A DNA stretch of 64,000 nucleotides, taken from Saccostrea echinata. Its lineage: Eukaryota. The stretch spans positions 15,252,001 to 15,316,000 of the forward strand of contig NW_026889761.1 of NCBI RefSeq assembly GCF_033153115.1. The letters are read 5' to 3'. Of the stretch, positions 27,001 to 37,342 are shown in pieces. Below the pieces are notes generated by a model that ran no database searches, was not told the origin of the DNA, and saw only the letters and a list, made by a program, of their open reading frames with translations. Every line of letters begins with the position of its first letter. The first letter of the stretch is position 1. A program made the position numbers and the translations under genes.

Positions 27001-30000
27001 TTTTCTTGCCAAAGGTCTCTTTAGCACTTGATACCAATATGTCACTTATTCTTTCGACAACGTTATCTATAAAATCTGATGTGACTTTTCCTGCTATAGT
27101 GTTCCTGATTTCATGTTCTAATAGTGTGATAGCATTTATTTTGTCTTTTATAAAGTAATGAAATGTTTCTTGCTTCTCAGGAATCCAATTTTTAGCAATC
27201 TCTTGTGTTTGTTTTTGTGGGTTATTTAATTTAGAAGCGTGTTCTTTTTCAAAGGCTAGTAAAACCTCCACAGGATTATGAACATCAGATAATAGGGTAG
27301 AGAATGTTAATATTCTAAAATCAGAAACATATCTTAAAAATTCAAAATTTGCAATACAATAGTCTACAACACTAGTTTGTTTACATGTACATTCACCATT
27401 TGGGTCACCCTTGGATCTACCATTGAGAATAAAAATATTACAATGTTTGCAAATATCAATAAGTTTTTTCCCATACTGGTTTACAATCATATCTCTTGAA
27501 TTTCTTACCATTGAAAAACCATATTTTTCAAGACATCTTATATCGATTTGATCAACAGCCCAATTAAAATCAGTATCAGACACACGATCATGGGTTTGAA
27601 CAAAAGGTTCATCACAATCATTAAATTCTTTCAGATTTGAGACTCTACTGTTAAAGTCACCAAGTAAGCAAATACATTTATTCTCTGTAGATAGATTAAA
27701 AATTTCATTTTCAATCTCTTCAAATATTTCACTAGATGAAAATCTGGAGTTTACAGGTGGTATATAGACTGTACCTATTAATAAATGATCATCGATCCCA
27801 AATGTTTTACCTTCTATTCGGACCCAAAGTACATTGTCACATTCATTATTAATAATATTACAGGTTTTAGCAATTGAATTTCTAATATACACAACTATTC
27901 CACCAGATTTCCGAAATGACAAATTTGTTCTATGCTTACAAAATGCACTAAAATTAGGAATGTCGATTATGTCAGCTTTATCTGTTCTTGTTTCTGTAAG
28001 GCACACTATATCATATTTATTTATAAAATCAAGAAAATCAGGAGATTGGAGTTTTGAATTTAACCCACATACATTAATGGATATCAATCTTACTCTAGAT
28101 GCGTCTTCTGGTTTGAGAGAGTTACTTGAAAAGTTTTTAATTTCATTTTCTATTATTTGTTGTTGCTCTCCGTGGTTTACCTACATCGGAACGTTATCGG
28201 AACCTGGATCAGCCACAAATCTACCTGCTGGTGGAAAGATTTGTTTACCTTCTACGAAAAGTTTGTCCACAATCATCACAGCCTTCTTTCCAAGTTTTTT
28301 TGCTTTTTTGTAGTGAGGGTATAGGACTCTCCTGCGCTCGTTAATTTCCTTGGGGAATTGCTCATTCACTCCAAATGCTTTTCCCTCTAGGGTTGATGGG
28401 GCGGCCTTTCTTATTTTTTCTCTTTCTTTATGCAGCACAAACTTTGCGACGATTGGTCTGTGTTTATCCGTTAATCTCTTCCCCATTCGGTGTACCCTAT
28501 GGAACTGTGGAGCTTCTGTGATATTCATTTCTGAGCTTATGAACTCTTTCAGTACCTCCTCTGTGTTTTCGTCTTGTGTCTCCGGTATACCACTGAATAT
28601 GAGATTGTCTCTCATAGATCTAGTTTGTAGATCTAAATGGCGTTCGTTCAAATCCTCGAATTTATGCCTCACTATTTCTAATTCATTCAAGATAACTTCA
28701 TTTTCATTTCTTATGTTACTTACAGATTTTTTCATTTCTTTAACTTCCCTTGTTTGGTCATCGTATTGTTTACTGATATGTGTCACACACTCCTCTACAC
28801 CGTTAACCTTGACCTTCATCTCTTTTAACTCTGTGTTGACATTTACGGCATTTCGTTCCAGTTCATTGAGTCTCTTTTCAATGTGGTCTAATTTGTTTAG
28901 CTTAGTTGATACTTGTTCTAATTTATTCGACATAACTTTCAAAGTCTCAAGAATATCAACATGCTGATACTGCTGTTGCTGTTGTTGAGGGTTTGGTATT
29001 GGTGATAAATACCCAGCAAATTGACTTTGTGGCCCCGGAGGCCCATAAGGAACGAATTGGTTTCCTTGAAAATTATTTCCTTGACAACTGCTCTGAAAGT
29101 TTACAGAAGGCGAGGGTGCATCTGATCATAGGACAAGTATAATTATACCAATTATTCATAATAAGAAGGACATACTGTGTTCCCAACAATAAGCAAAGCT
29201 CAACAGATCATCATCATTTAAAGTATTTAAGTGTTATACTCACTGTTTTTGATTTTCCTTCATGGCATATGGTGTCAACGTTCAGGGGAGTTAACTTGAA
29301 AGAGAGAAATTGTATTTTTGTTATAATTCTACAATTAACAACTTTTCCATATAAGTTGAATTCTAAATTATTATAATAATTGTTTGATATCAGAATCCAA
29401 ATTTATTATTTTATAAATTGTTATGCCCCAAAAGAGCATTCACAGGGACCCTATATACTTTTGTACATCACATGTACATGACTATAATGTTAGCTTTGTA
29501 TATAAGGCAAAGAAAAAAATAAATTAATATGTATCATAGTTTAAGACATTATGCAATAAACATAAGACTTTCACTAGAATTTTCATTGTGTGTTGACCTT
29601 CTACCAAATACATGTACCTTTTCTTTTTTCCTTAGTTCTGCTTCTTTCTCTTTCCATTTCTTCTCTTGAGCCTCCAACTCTGAAAGTTCAGCTTTTACAG
29701 TTGTTTCACTGTTCTGCATTTAGAAACCATGAGTAATCAAAGTTTAAAAAGAACACTTTCTGTAAGTGAGGCAAAGTCTCATATTTATCGATGAAATAAT
29801 TAATAAGATGTTTTAATTTCATTCAACATTCTAATGTTCAATGTACATAAATGGAAAATCTGCAACTAAAGCCATACTTGAGTAGTAGGCATCTCTAGAT
29901 GCATCATTTCTGCAAATCTGGTGCAGGCCGCGATCAAATAGTTAGCGTTATATAAGAGAGGACCTGCTTCAAGACCTATAGATCAGAAGCAGAATCTGGA

Positions 30001-33000
30001 GCAAGAATGGTTATTAGCATCCCTGGATGCATAAACCTTGCAAGTCTGCTACATACAGTATAATAGAAGACTTTTAGTTAATTGTAAATGAGCCTGCTTA
30101 AAAAAAAAAAGAATGTGCATCACTCTTGTAAGTTTGGTCTAGTTAGACTATGTGTGGCTCCTTTGTTCCCGAGAATAGACCAATTCAAAAATGATATTTA
30201 CTACTGAAGAATAAACATGTATGTCAGATGCAGCATCAGACTCAGAGGCATGACTAGCTGTCTGTATGCTTATTTGCAAGTCTGATCCAGGTAGAACTTT
30301 TAGTATAATACTTGGTAAATGGACTTGCTCCAAGATCTTTCACCTGGGATAATGATGTTAATACCTTGAGTTAACAGCCATAAAACTGTTTGAGGTTTAC
30401 AGCTAAAAAATAAGTGTTGTGTCCCCTTCCTTTCCTTTAAAAGTGGGAGTTTAATTAAATTTGTATACAACTGTAGTGGTTTAGATTTCTATTTCATAGC
30501 CCTCATTTCGTAAATTATATTTTGCAAGTATTTGTTGGTATTTCAGTCTGATAATTCTATTTACCTTATGTTTTCAGTTGTTACTTACGTAAAACCCTTT
30601 TATTATTTGTCTTTTATAAGTTAGGACATGTGTTGACATTCCACGTTTTACTTTTTAAACAGGAAGTGTCATCCATGTTGGGAGTCTTTCCATAGTAGTA
30701 GCAAAAATAGTAGTTTTGGTAGCTGTGTTCTGATTGGTTAAGTTGGTAAGTTGTAGGATCTTTGATGTTTATTGGCTTTTATTTTTGGGCCTATAGCTAG
30801 GGTACTTAAAGCTGTGTTCGTGTAGTTTTCTTCACTTGGGTTGGGGAACACGACCTCATGGTTAGTTCCTCTTTACTGTGCTAAGAAAACCTCATGGTTT
30901 ATGAGCACTATTTGATTAGTACCTTAGAGTGCTAAGAAAACCTCATGGTTTAACAGTACTCTAGGTCTTAGCTAGCTTTAGTTTTTCACAAGTTCTAGGT
31001 TTTTGTTAGGAAACAGTTAGGATGTAGGTTTTATAGAGTTAATTTAGTTTTCCCCTTTCCAAGTCCAGCTTGGTCTAGGGATTTGTAGATAACAGGTATA
31101 ATTTCTAGAACCGCTATTTATTATTTATTTTTGGTGTTGTTTATTTTCTGGGTTAGATATTTTTTGAGTCCAGATTTAGCATTATTATTTTAAGTTCAAC
31201 TCTAGAGTGTTGATTAGTAGAGTTCATATTGGGTGATGTAGCTCATTTCCCTTACATTTTTCCAAATCATTGACATTTATAGCAGTTTAATAGGATTTTT
31301 TACCTTTTTCATAAGTATGGAAGCTCAGTAGGGACATAAATTATTTTCATAGGTTTTTCACATTCCTCCCTTTATTCTCTGTTAAATTTTGACTATTATT
31401 TATTATTTGTTATCATTTACAAAGGTTAATTCTCACTTTATTAAATTTATAAAACTTACAACTGTGTTTTCTTTTAGCGTTGATCATAGTTCAGATATCC
31501 CCTTACCTGGGTTGATTATTGATAACTGGAGATAGTTTACTGCTTTAAGCCAAGTTGGCTATGAACTTTGTTGATTTATCTACTAAAGAGTTCTACTTCC
31601 GGTTACACAATGTCTACAGGGATGTCTGCAAGAAGTCATATGGCATAACCGAACTTGAATTCACACATCCTAGGATGCTTCATTTTCAATTAAAAATTTT
31701 TGAAAGATATTTTCCTACATATTCCAATGTAAAACTTTGATCCCCTATTCTCATGTTTTGAACAAATTTGATTCTGCACTACCTGATCATGTTTGCATAC
31801 ATCACAAATCATGACTCTGCTAACCTTGAGAAAAAGGTATTAAAAATTTTTCCTATATATTCCCTTGCAAACTTTGATCAACTACTGTGGCCCCACCATA
31901 TCCCTGGGGGCCATGATTTGAACTAACTCAAATAGATCTACACTATGTCAGAAAGCTTCCACACAAGTTTCATCTTATCTGGCCAAGTAGTTCTTAAGAT
32001 TTTTCCTCTCCACTCAAAGATGCTTTGTAGCAAGTTTAGTTGAATTTGGCCCAGTGGTTCTAAAGAAGAAGTCGAAAATGTGAAAAAATTAGACGTACGA
32101 CAGATATAGGGGCAGACAGACGACATACATTCTTTGATTAGAAAAGTTCACTTGAGCCTTTGTCTCATGAGAGCTGTAAATAACTCTTAGTACCTCTAAT
32201 AGGTTGTCTTAAAGATAAATAATTTAAAAACTATACACACATACCAAATCAGCTTCCTTTAATTTCTGCTTGATTTCATTCATTTTTCTTTGATGTCTAT
32301 AAATTTGAAGAAGAAAATGAAACATTATTCAACTCTAAATTAACACTTTTTTCTTCTTTGATATCAAGATTATTGTGCTAAATTTATGATTTCATAGAAA
32401 TCCACAAATTACTTACAATCCTCAATATACATACTACAAATGAAATTTTGATCAGAGAATAAACAAAAAACATCTTTTATCTAATTTTGCCTTTGGGAAG
32501 GTTAAATAAGGCCATACCAAGCTTTTTTTTTCTATGTTTAGTGCCACACGCATCTTAGTTTTTGACACCCCATATGAGAAAAATTAACAAACAAAATCAG
32601 GAAGTCCTGAAATTGATTATTCTGGTCAAAATCTTTCAATGCTGTCAATATCTCTAAGTATTTGTTTACAATATGCCATATCATGTATATTTTAAGCATT
32701 TAATACCTGGACTTTGCTAAAGAATAGATTTTTGTACAAGAAAAATAGATTAATGAAATGAAATGCTTTGTATGATGTCATTTTAAAGACTATAAAGTCT
32801 ATGATTTATTTTTATTTTTTGGCTTGTTTGTTTTTGTGAATAGGTTGGTAGATTTTTGAAAGATGGATGGACGCTAAACAGAGAAAAAACTTGGAATGGC
32901 CTTAGCATTCACCCATCTTTCAAACACCTACCTACCTATTCACCAAAAAAAAAAAAACAACACAAGAATAAAACACTGGCTTTAATATAGTCCTTTAAAT

Positions 33001-33973
33001 GATGTCATTCAAAGGATTTGTTTTCATTAAGCTATTTTTCTGTTTGAAAGGTCTATTCCTTAGGAAAATAAATTATTAAATGCCAAATATATACATAATT
33101 TGACAGATTTTAGATAAATAGAGAGAAATAGACAGAATTCAAAGGTTTTTACCAAAAAAATCAATATCACAATGCTTTTTTTTATTCTGATCTGTGATGT
33201 TGAAAACCAAGGTGCATGTGGACACTAAACATAAAAAGAAACTTGAAATGGCCCAATCTTGCTAAGTAACCATTTATAACACTAAGAATGACTTATAACT
33301 CACTCTGCATAACCTTTCTCAAAGTCTTCTTTTTCTTTTTTATCTTGCTCCATTCTCTCCACCCTGGCCTGATGACGCCATCTGAAGAGACTTGCTGTGT
33401 CAACATTTGGGTGGGTGTCATCTTCATCATCTGAAATCTAATGTGCAGGAAATACTGTACATGTACACATAAATTGATGTACTCAAGATTTTGCACAATC
33501 ACTGGGTATTTCTGGGTATTACAAACATCTGCTCCCATTTATTGTAATTATCAATGATTTATTAACGGTATTTGTGAATTAGAACATTGTAGTCCCCGCT
33601 TTTTTAAGTACACATACAGTAACTATCATGTCAATCTCTGAGGAGACTCACTGTGTCAACATTTTATTGTTGTCATCTTCATCAGTACAGAAAATAATTG
33701 TCAATTCTTGGAGAAACTTTTCAAAATAACCTGTATTAAAATATGCTCAAGATGTCCTATGAAGTGTATGTATATCATGCTAGATTTTTACTTTAAAATC
33801 TCTACAGATTTACTATTTTCTGGAACATTCTGCAAATTACAACTGAAAGTATACATTTTAACTTCCTATTATTCTATCGAATTAGACCAAGAATCTGCTT
33901 TAATAGAAACAGAAGTTCTCGCTCAAATATTTACCTCTATGTGGTCCCATTTACTGTAATTGATCGCTGTCAT
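18069..33973 (-). CDS. CDC37: Hsp90 co-chaperone Cdc37, 11 coding exons, 373 aa
   Basis: Exons (minus): 33935-33973, 33304-33437, 32245-32296, 29618-29713, 29244-29294, 24051-24110, 23559-23717, 21781-21896, 20296-20416, 18803-18871, 18069-18293. All introns GT-AG, phases consistent, 1122 nt total. Hallmarks: [38 protein letters not shown] (CK2-site SDDED), [44 protein letters not shown]. Confidence 0.96.
18936..20060 (-). mobile_element. Helitron/Helentron-type non-autonomous element with ~150-bp internal tandem repeats, in CDC37 intron 9
   Basis: CTAG end next to an A/T run with hairpin TGTAACGG-GGA-CCGTTACA. Subterminal TGTTCCCCAA recurs in hairpin TATGTTCCCCAA..TTGGGGAACATA at the other end. 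(GAA)n/(TAA)n microsatellite and 5-6 units containing AAGTATATTGGTCAT. Confidence 0.75.
21990..22387. mobile_element. hAT-type MITE
   Basis: TAGGGATG...CATCCCTA termini; 8-bp TSD GCTCTACT at 21982-21989 and 22388-22395. Confidence 0.85.
22636..22990. mobile_element. Crypton-like non-autonomous element with long terminal palindrome
   Basis: Near-perfect ~135-bp inverted repeat 22848-22983 (TTATCCAGGTCCAATCAAGGGTGTA ... TACACCCTTGATTGGACCTGGATAA) centred on GGCCTTCGGCC. Family label from recall only. Confidence 0.5.
24620..28087 (-). CDS. LINE ORF2: APE endonuclease + reverse transcriptase + C-terminal Cys/His motif
   Basis: SINVCGL, CLTET, VYIPP, LGDFN, VDY, SDVH (endonuclease); [42 protein letters not shown] (RT); [19 protein letters not shown]. 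The start codon in the ORF track is TTG, not ATG. Confidence 0.97.
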   Translation of the reverse strand: MISINVCGLNSKLQSPDFLDFINKYDIVCLTETRTDKADIIDIPNFSAFCKHRTNLSFRKSGGIVVYIRNSIAKTCNIINNECDNVLWVRIEGKTFGIDDHLLIGTVYIPPVNSRFSSSEIFEEIENEIFNLSTENKCICLLGDFNSRVSNLKEFNDCDEPFVQTHDRVSDTDFNWAVDQIDIRCLEKYGFSMVRNSRDMIVNQYGKKLIDICKHCNIFILNGRSKGDPNGECTCKQTSVVDYCIANFEFLRYVSDFRILTFSTLLSDVHNPVEVLLAFEKEHASKLNNPQKQTQEIAKNWIPEKQETFHYFIKDKINAITLLEHEIRNTIAGKVTSDFIDNVVERISDILVSSAKETFGKKTFYTNTCKKTNFKYKKPWFTKDCKNARQNFRKAKRLYKKFGGEIFKADLYEKEKIYKNKLKNTNIKHRVEMKKKLTNLRTKNPKEYWKILNTNCNKQRCNADLNDLFTYYKECCNENFNEQESESTVLTQEELDIVADVQLNHEINQQITHDEVRNSINMLKNNKACGDDRIFNEYIKNSCDCMLNLYTELFNKIFDSGVIPTQWACGNIIPVYKNKGDNTDPKNYRPITLLSCLGKLFTAIINERLNSYADNVQLILENQAGFRRGMGTIDNIFSLYSLVELFRRHKMKLYCAFIDFEKAFDSVWHVGLWNKVLQNNIDGKCFKIITNMYKGIKSKVVVNGISSEMFECSIGVRQGENLSPFLFSLYLNDLEEFLSGNKAKGLPCLSEKLERELNLYLQLFVLLYADDTILLSENADDFQYMLNTFSKYCKTWHLKVNSKKTKVVIFGRGKNNSSFTFEGSKLDIVDNFKYLGVTFCKSNSFNLNTKELYDKATKAMYSVIGRCRKHNLSMDCKLDMFDKIIKPLLLYGCEMWGFHNTKLIEKLHLKFCKHILSLKTSTPNFMVYGELGRHPLLIDIKVRMISFWGKLINAQSSKLSAKLLCALKICKNPWCDFVQKILNECGLTYVWYENSINISWLKNKVYTTLLDQFKQTWFSDVQTSPKGLNYRIFKKSLIFEDYLLNLPPKQSKKYCLFRTGNTKLPIETGRWFNTPRENRICKLCNSNEIGDEFHYLFKCTDVSIKNSRVMYLSKYFHLNPNVLKFEMLFNVTNTNQLSKICKLLDIIIERVGSLG
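28181..29118 (-). CDS. LINE ORF1 (coiled coil + RRM-type), N-terminally truncated
   Basis: Heptad-rich segment, then [34 protein letters not shown]. The frame stays open upstream of the tracked 28942 through a Q/P/G-rich region to the 5' junction, with no ATG. Confidence 0.88.
31620..32180 (-). mobile_element. Degenerate HINE fragment
   Basis: AAAAGTTCACTTGAGCCTTTGTCTCATGAGAGCT end, GACAGACG microsatellite, GGCCCAGTGGTTCT and TGTGGCCCCACC units. Confidence 0.7.
32510..33253. mobile_element. Two copies of a PIF/Harbinger-like MITE in inverted arrangement (32510-32901; 32903-33253)
   Basis: GGCCATACCAAG ... CTTGGAATGGCC termini with TWA flanks. The second copy is the reverse complement lacking one end. 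Same family as 58990-59381. Confidence 0.7.
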
Positions 33974-34256
33974 GATGAAAAATTGATAAAATCACTATGC
34001 ATCAATCAAGATTTGCGTTTTTCGTGCAGGAAATCGCAGAGTTGGTACTTTGATCCCGAGCATTTAATGAATCAAGGTTTAGACTTTCGAACTCTTCACA
34101 TACATAGCCATAAATTTCTCAATTGTTATTAACATAAAAAAAATCCTTTTAAAAAAATTTAAACCTAAATAAGATAAAAAAATATTTTGTGTTTATCGTT
34201 GTGTAATTTTAGAGTTCGGGATCGGTCTTTGTCAATGGTTATGAACAAATCACGCC
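33974..34256. promoter_or_regulatory. Probable bidirectional promoter, CDC37/SPTLC1
   Basis: Divergent start codons only 283 bp apart. Confidence 0.7.
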
Positions 34257-35693
34257 ATGGCGTCAGGGTTTATTCCACAGACATGGGAAATGTACGATAT
34301 GTTTCAAGCATTGCTACAGGCTCCATCGTACCATCTTTTCTTTGAAGCATTGCTTATAATCTGGATCTTTAAACTACTGTTTTTCTCAAAGGCGTATGCC
34401 CCGGAATCCGTTCTAACTGAGAAAGAAAAGGAGGAACTGATTGCGGAATGGCAGCCCGAACCTCTTGCCCCCGAAATCCCGGAAGACCACCCAGTATTAC
34501 AGGCTATGGAAAATAATATAATTACGGGGAAACCTGGTAAATATGTTACAATCAATGGAAAGTCTTGCATAAACATGGCTACACTGAACTTTTTAGGTAT
34601 GGCTGGCAACCCCTCTGTTGAGGCTGCTGCCATTAAAACTCTTAAGAAGTATGGTGTGGGTTCATGTGGGCCCAGAGGATTCTATGGTACTATGGATGTT
34701 CACTTAGAACTAGAGGACAAACTAGCTAAATTCATGAACTGTGAGGAAGCTATTCTTTATGCATTTGGATTCGCTACAATAGCAAGTGCTATACCAGCAT
34801 ACTCCAAGCGAGGTGATGTGATATTTGCAGATGAGGGTGTCTGCTTTGCTATTCAAAAAGGATTAGTTGCCTCAAGAAGCAAAATCAAGTGGTTTAAGCA
34901 CAACGACATGGAAGATCTTGAACGTCTTCTTATTGAACAAGCCAAAGAAGATAAAAAGAACCCCAAGAAAGCTAAAGTGACCAGGAGATTTCTTTTGGTG
35001 GAAGGACTTTATGTTAACTACGGAGATTTGTGTCCACTACCAAAATTAGTTGAGCTGAAGTGGAAGTACAAAGTTCGACTCTTTATTGAAGAAAGTCTAT
35101 CATTTGGTGTTCTGGGGGCAACTGGAAAAGGTATAACAGAACATTATTGCATCTCTCAGGATGAGGTTGACCTGATAGCAGCATCATTAGAAAATGCTAT
35201 TGGATCAACTGGAGGATTCTGCTGTGGGAAAAAGTATATTGTAGATCATCAGCGATTATCAGGACTTGGATACTGTTTTTCTGCATCCTTACCACCCATG
35301 CTAGCCACAGCAGCAATAGAGTCCTTGCACTTGATTGATGAACAGCCTATTATGCTGAATCAGCTACGCGAGAATTCTGAAAAAATCCATGAAAAGCTGA
35401 GAGAAATCAAAGGGGTACTTATAGTGGGAGAACCCCTATCACCTATCAAGCATATAAGACTGGCTGAGCCAAGCACTGACCGAGATTTTGATGTTCAGAC
35501 TTTGCAGAAGGTAGCGGATCTCTCTAGGGAAAACAAAGTCGCTATAACTCTTGCTCGCTATTTAGAAGAAGAGGAGCATAAGCTCCCTGTGCCAAGTATC
35601 AGGATATCTGTGAACAACCAGCTCTCCGATAATGAGATTGACAGTGTATGCTCTACACTTAATGAAGCATTTCAGAAAATTCTCTCCCATTGA
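34257..35693 (+). CDS. SPTLC1: Serine palmitoyltransferase subunit 1 (LCB1), single coding exon, 478 aa
   Basis: N-terminal TM ([18 protein letters not shown]), [76 protein letters not shown] lacks the PLP lysine, as expected for LCB1. Confidence 0.97.
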   Translation: MASGFIPQTWEMYDMFQALLQAPSYHLFFEALLIIWIFKLLFFSKAYAPESVLTEKEKEELIAEWQPEPLAPEIPEDHPVLQAMENNIITGKPGKYVTINGKSCINMATLNFLGMAGNPSVEAAAIKTLKKYGVGSCGPRGFYGTMDVHLELEDKLAKFMNCEEAILYAFGFATIASAIPAYSKRGDVIFADEGVCFAIQKGLVASRSKIKWFKHNDMEDLERLLIEQAKEDKKNPKKAKVTRRFLLVEGLYVNYGDLCPLPKLVELKWKYKVRLFIEESLSFGVLGATGKGITEHYCISQDEVDLIAASLENAIGSTGGFCCGKKYIVDHQRLSGLGYCFSASLPPMLATAAIESLHLIDEQPIMLNQLRENSEKIHEKLREIKGVLIVGEPLSPIKHIRLAEPSTDRDFDVQTLQKVADLSRENKVAITLARYLEEEEHKLPVPSIRISVNNQLSDNEIDSVCSTLNEAFQKILSH

Positions 35694-37342
35694 TGATATA
35701 ACTTAAATCTTTTGTAGCTGTGTTAGTGTAAATTAACTTATTTTGAAGTTCATAAGCTTTATAATTATCAACTTTGTTTACATAACATGTATTAGAAATT
35801 TTAGATGCAGTTAATATTATTTATACATGTATTGTACATTATACCATAGCTACACTTGCATTAGAAGAATGAAGTCATAATATTTAATGGGTTAACTGAC
35901 AGTTTTTCTTGAAGAGATACTTTGTATACATGGTTTTCATTTCATGTAAATTCTGATCTGTACATATCATCTGTCATTATGATTATCAATATAAATATAA
36001 ATTTGAACATTTGAATTTTTGCTCAATTTTAAACATTGTTCTCTAATAAACACTTTGCCTGTTGGGAAATGTAAGTAAAATACACAGTGTATGTTTGGGC
36101 AAATGATTTTTTTTAGACAAGTGACCCACATGGTCAGCATTGTTTTTCAGACCACTGTCTTGGTTTGTTGTTTTTTTTTTTATTATTAATATTATTTCTT
36201 TATTTGGTCTAAATGACTTTTTTTAGACGAATCTGTGTCTGACTTGGTTCACTCAGCTGAATACATGTTAAATGGGTGTGTCCATTGAGATTAGTTCAGT
36301 TTCATTTATTGAAGTGGAATCCCCATTCACAACCCAAGTTATGTAGGAAATTTAAAAGAGAAAAAAGACTGGTCTCTGTAGAGATTAAATAGCCTGACAG
36401 TGTGCTTATATGCCAAGCAGTGAAGCTTGCAAGTATTTTGTTATTAGTCACAAATAAGTACGAAATGATGAGAGGAAACCTAGAAAGTGATGTCAGTTTC
36501 CATTCTTGAAATGTTTAAAACATGCAAAATATTACATGAAAACAAGAGAACAAAGAAATGCGAGGGATAGTATTGTTCTGCTGCCTACCTCTAAGACAAT
36601 TTTCAAAAGTTAACATATTGGAATATTTTTCGTGTTTATACTGTATGTGTACTTAAAAAAAGGGGGGTTCATATTTAAGCAGCTTTGGTGCAGACAACAA
36701 TGCACTAATTCATGAATACTGCTAAGAAATCATTAATTTATTAAATACAATACAGGACACGGACATGTATAGCAATAATTCATGGTTACGCCAACAACTC
36801 CATACCCAGTGATTGCTCTAAATTTTGAATAGGCTAATTTATGAACACATACAGTATTTAATAGATATATATATATATATATATATATATTAATTTTCAT
36901 AATATATAATTTACTTGGGGAAAATATAGATTTTTTTTTAATTTTGGTAAAAACACTAATAGAAATCAATGGAAAATATTTTTCAAACATCCCATGGCAA
37001 AAATGTTTCATTTTATTATCATTTCAATTGAGATTACAACTAAAAATTGCACTTTATCAATCTTATATCTTTAATTTTACATTAAACTTACAGAATCATC
37101 CATATGCATGAGTAGTTTAAAATTTGGTGATTCAGATGTTTTTAAATCCTGATTTTGATCATGGATAAAATTTCCTAACCCCACACTCATCCCCCATAAA
37201 AAAAGTTATAATTTAGAGCAATTAACTGGTATTAAAATTATTAATCAATTACTAATGAACCATTCTTTAATAAACCATCTTTTCATTCAAAAAAAATGTT
37301 AATGGCCTAATTGCCATTAAAGTTGCATAAAATGTGTTTTAA

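Larger units (their letters stand above)
24514..29118 (-). mobile_element. Young 5'-truncated LINE retrotransposon (CR1/L2/Crack group) in CDC37 intron 5, same orientation as host
   Basis: Intact ORF2 and partial ORF1; ~100-nt 3' UTR ending AATAAA(GTTCAA)2; candidate 5-bp TSD CATCT at 24509-24513 and 29119-29123. Confidence 0.93.

Noticed and set aside
25431-28967. Several plus-strand ORFs of 60-205 aa
   Set aside because: Antisense shadows of LINE ORF1/ORF2.
29850-31545. Possible degenerate DIRS/LTR remnant (strand-skewed, CCAAT boxes, duplicated GTGCTAAGAAAACCTCATGGTTT)
   Set aside because: No TG..CA ends with TSD and no convincing protein motif; left unassigned.
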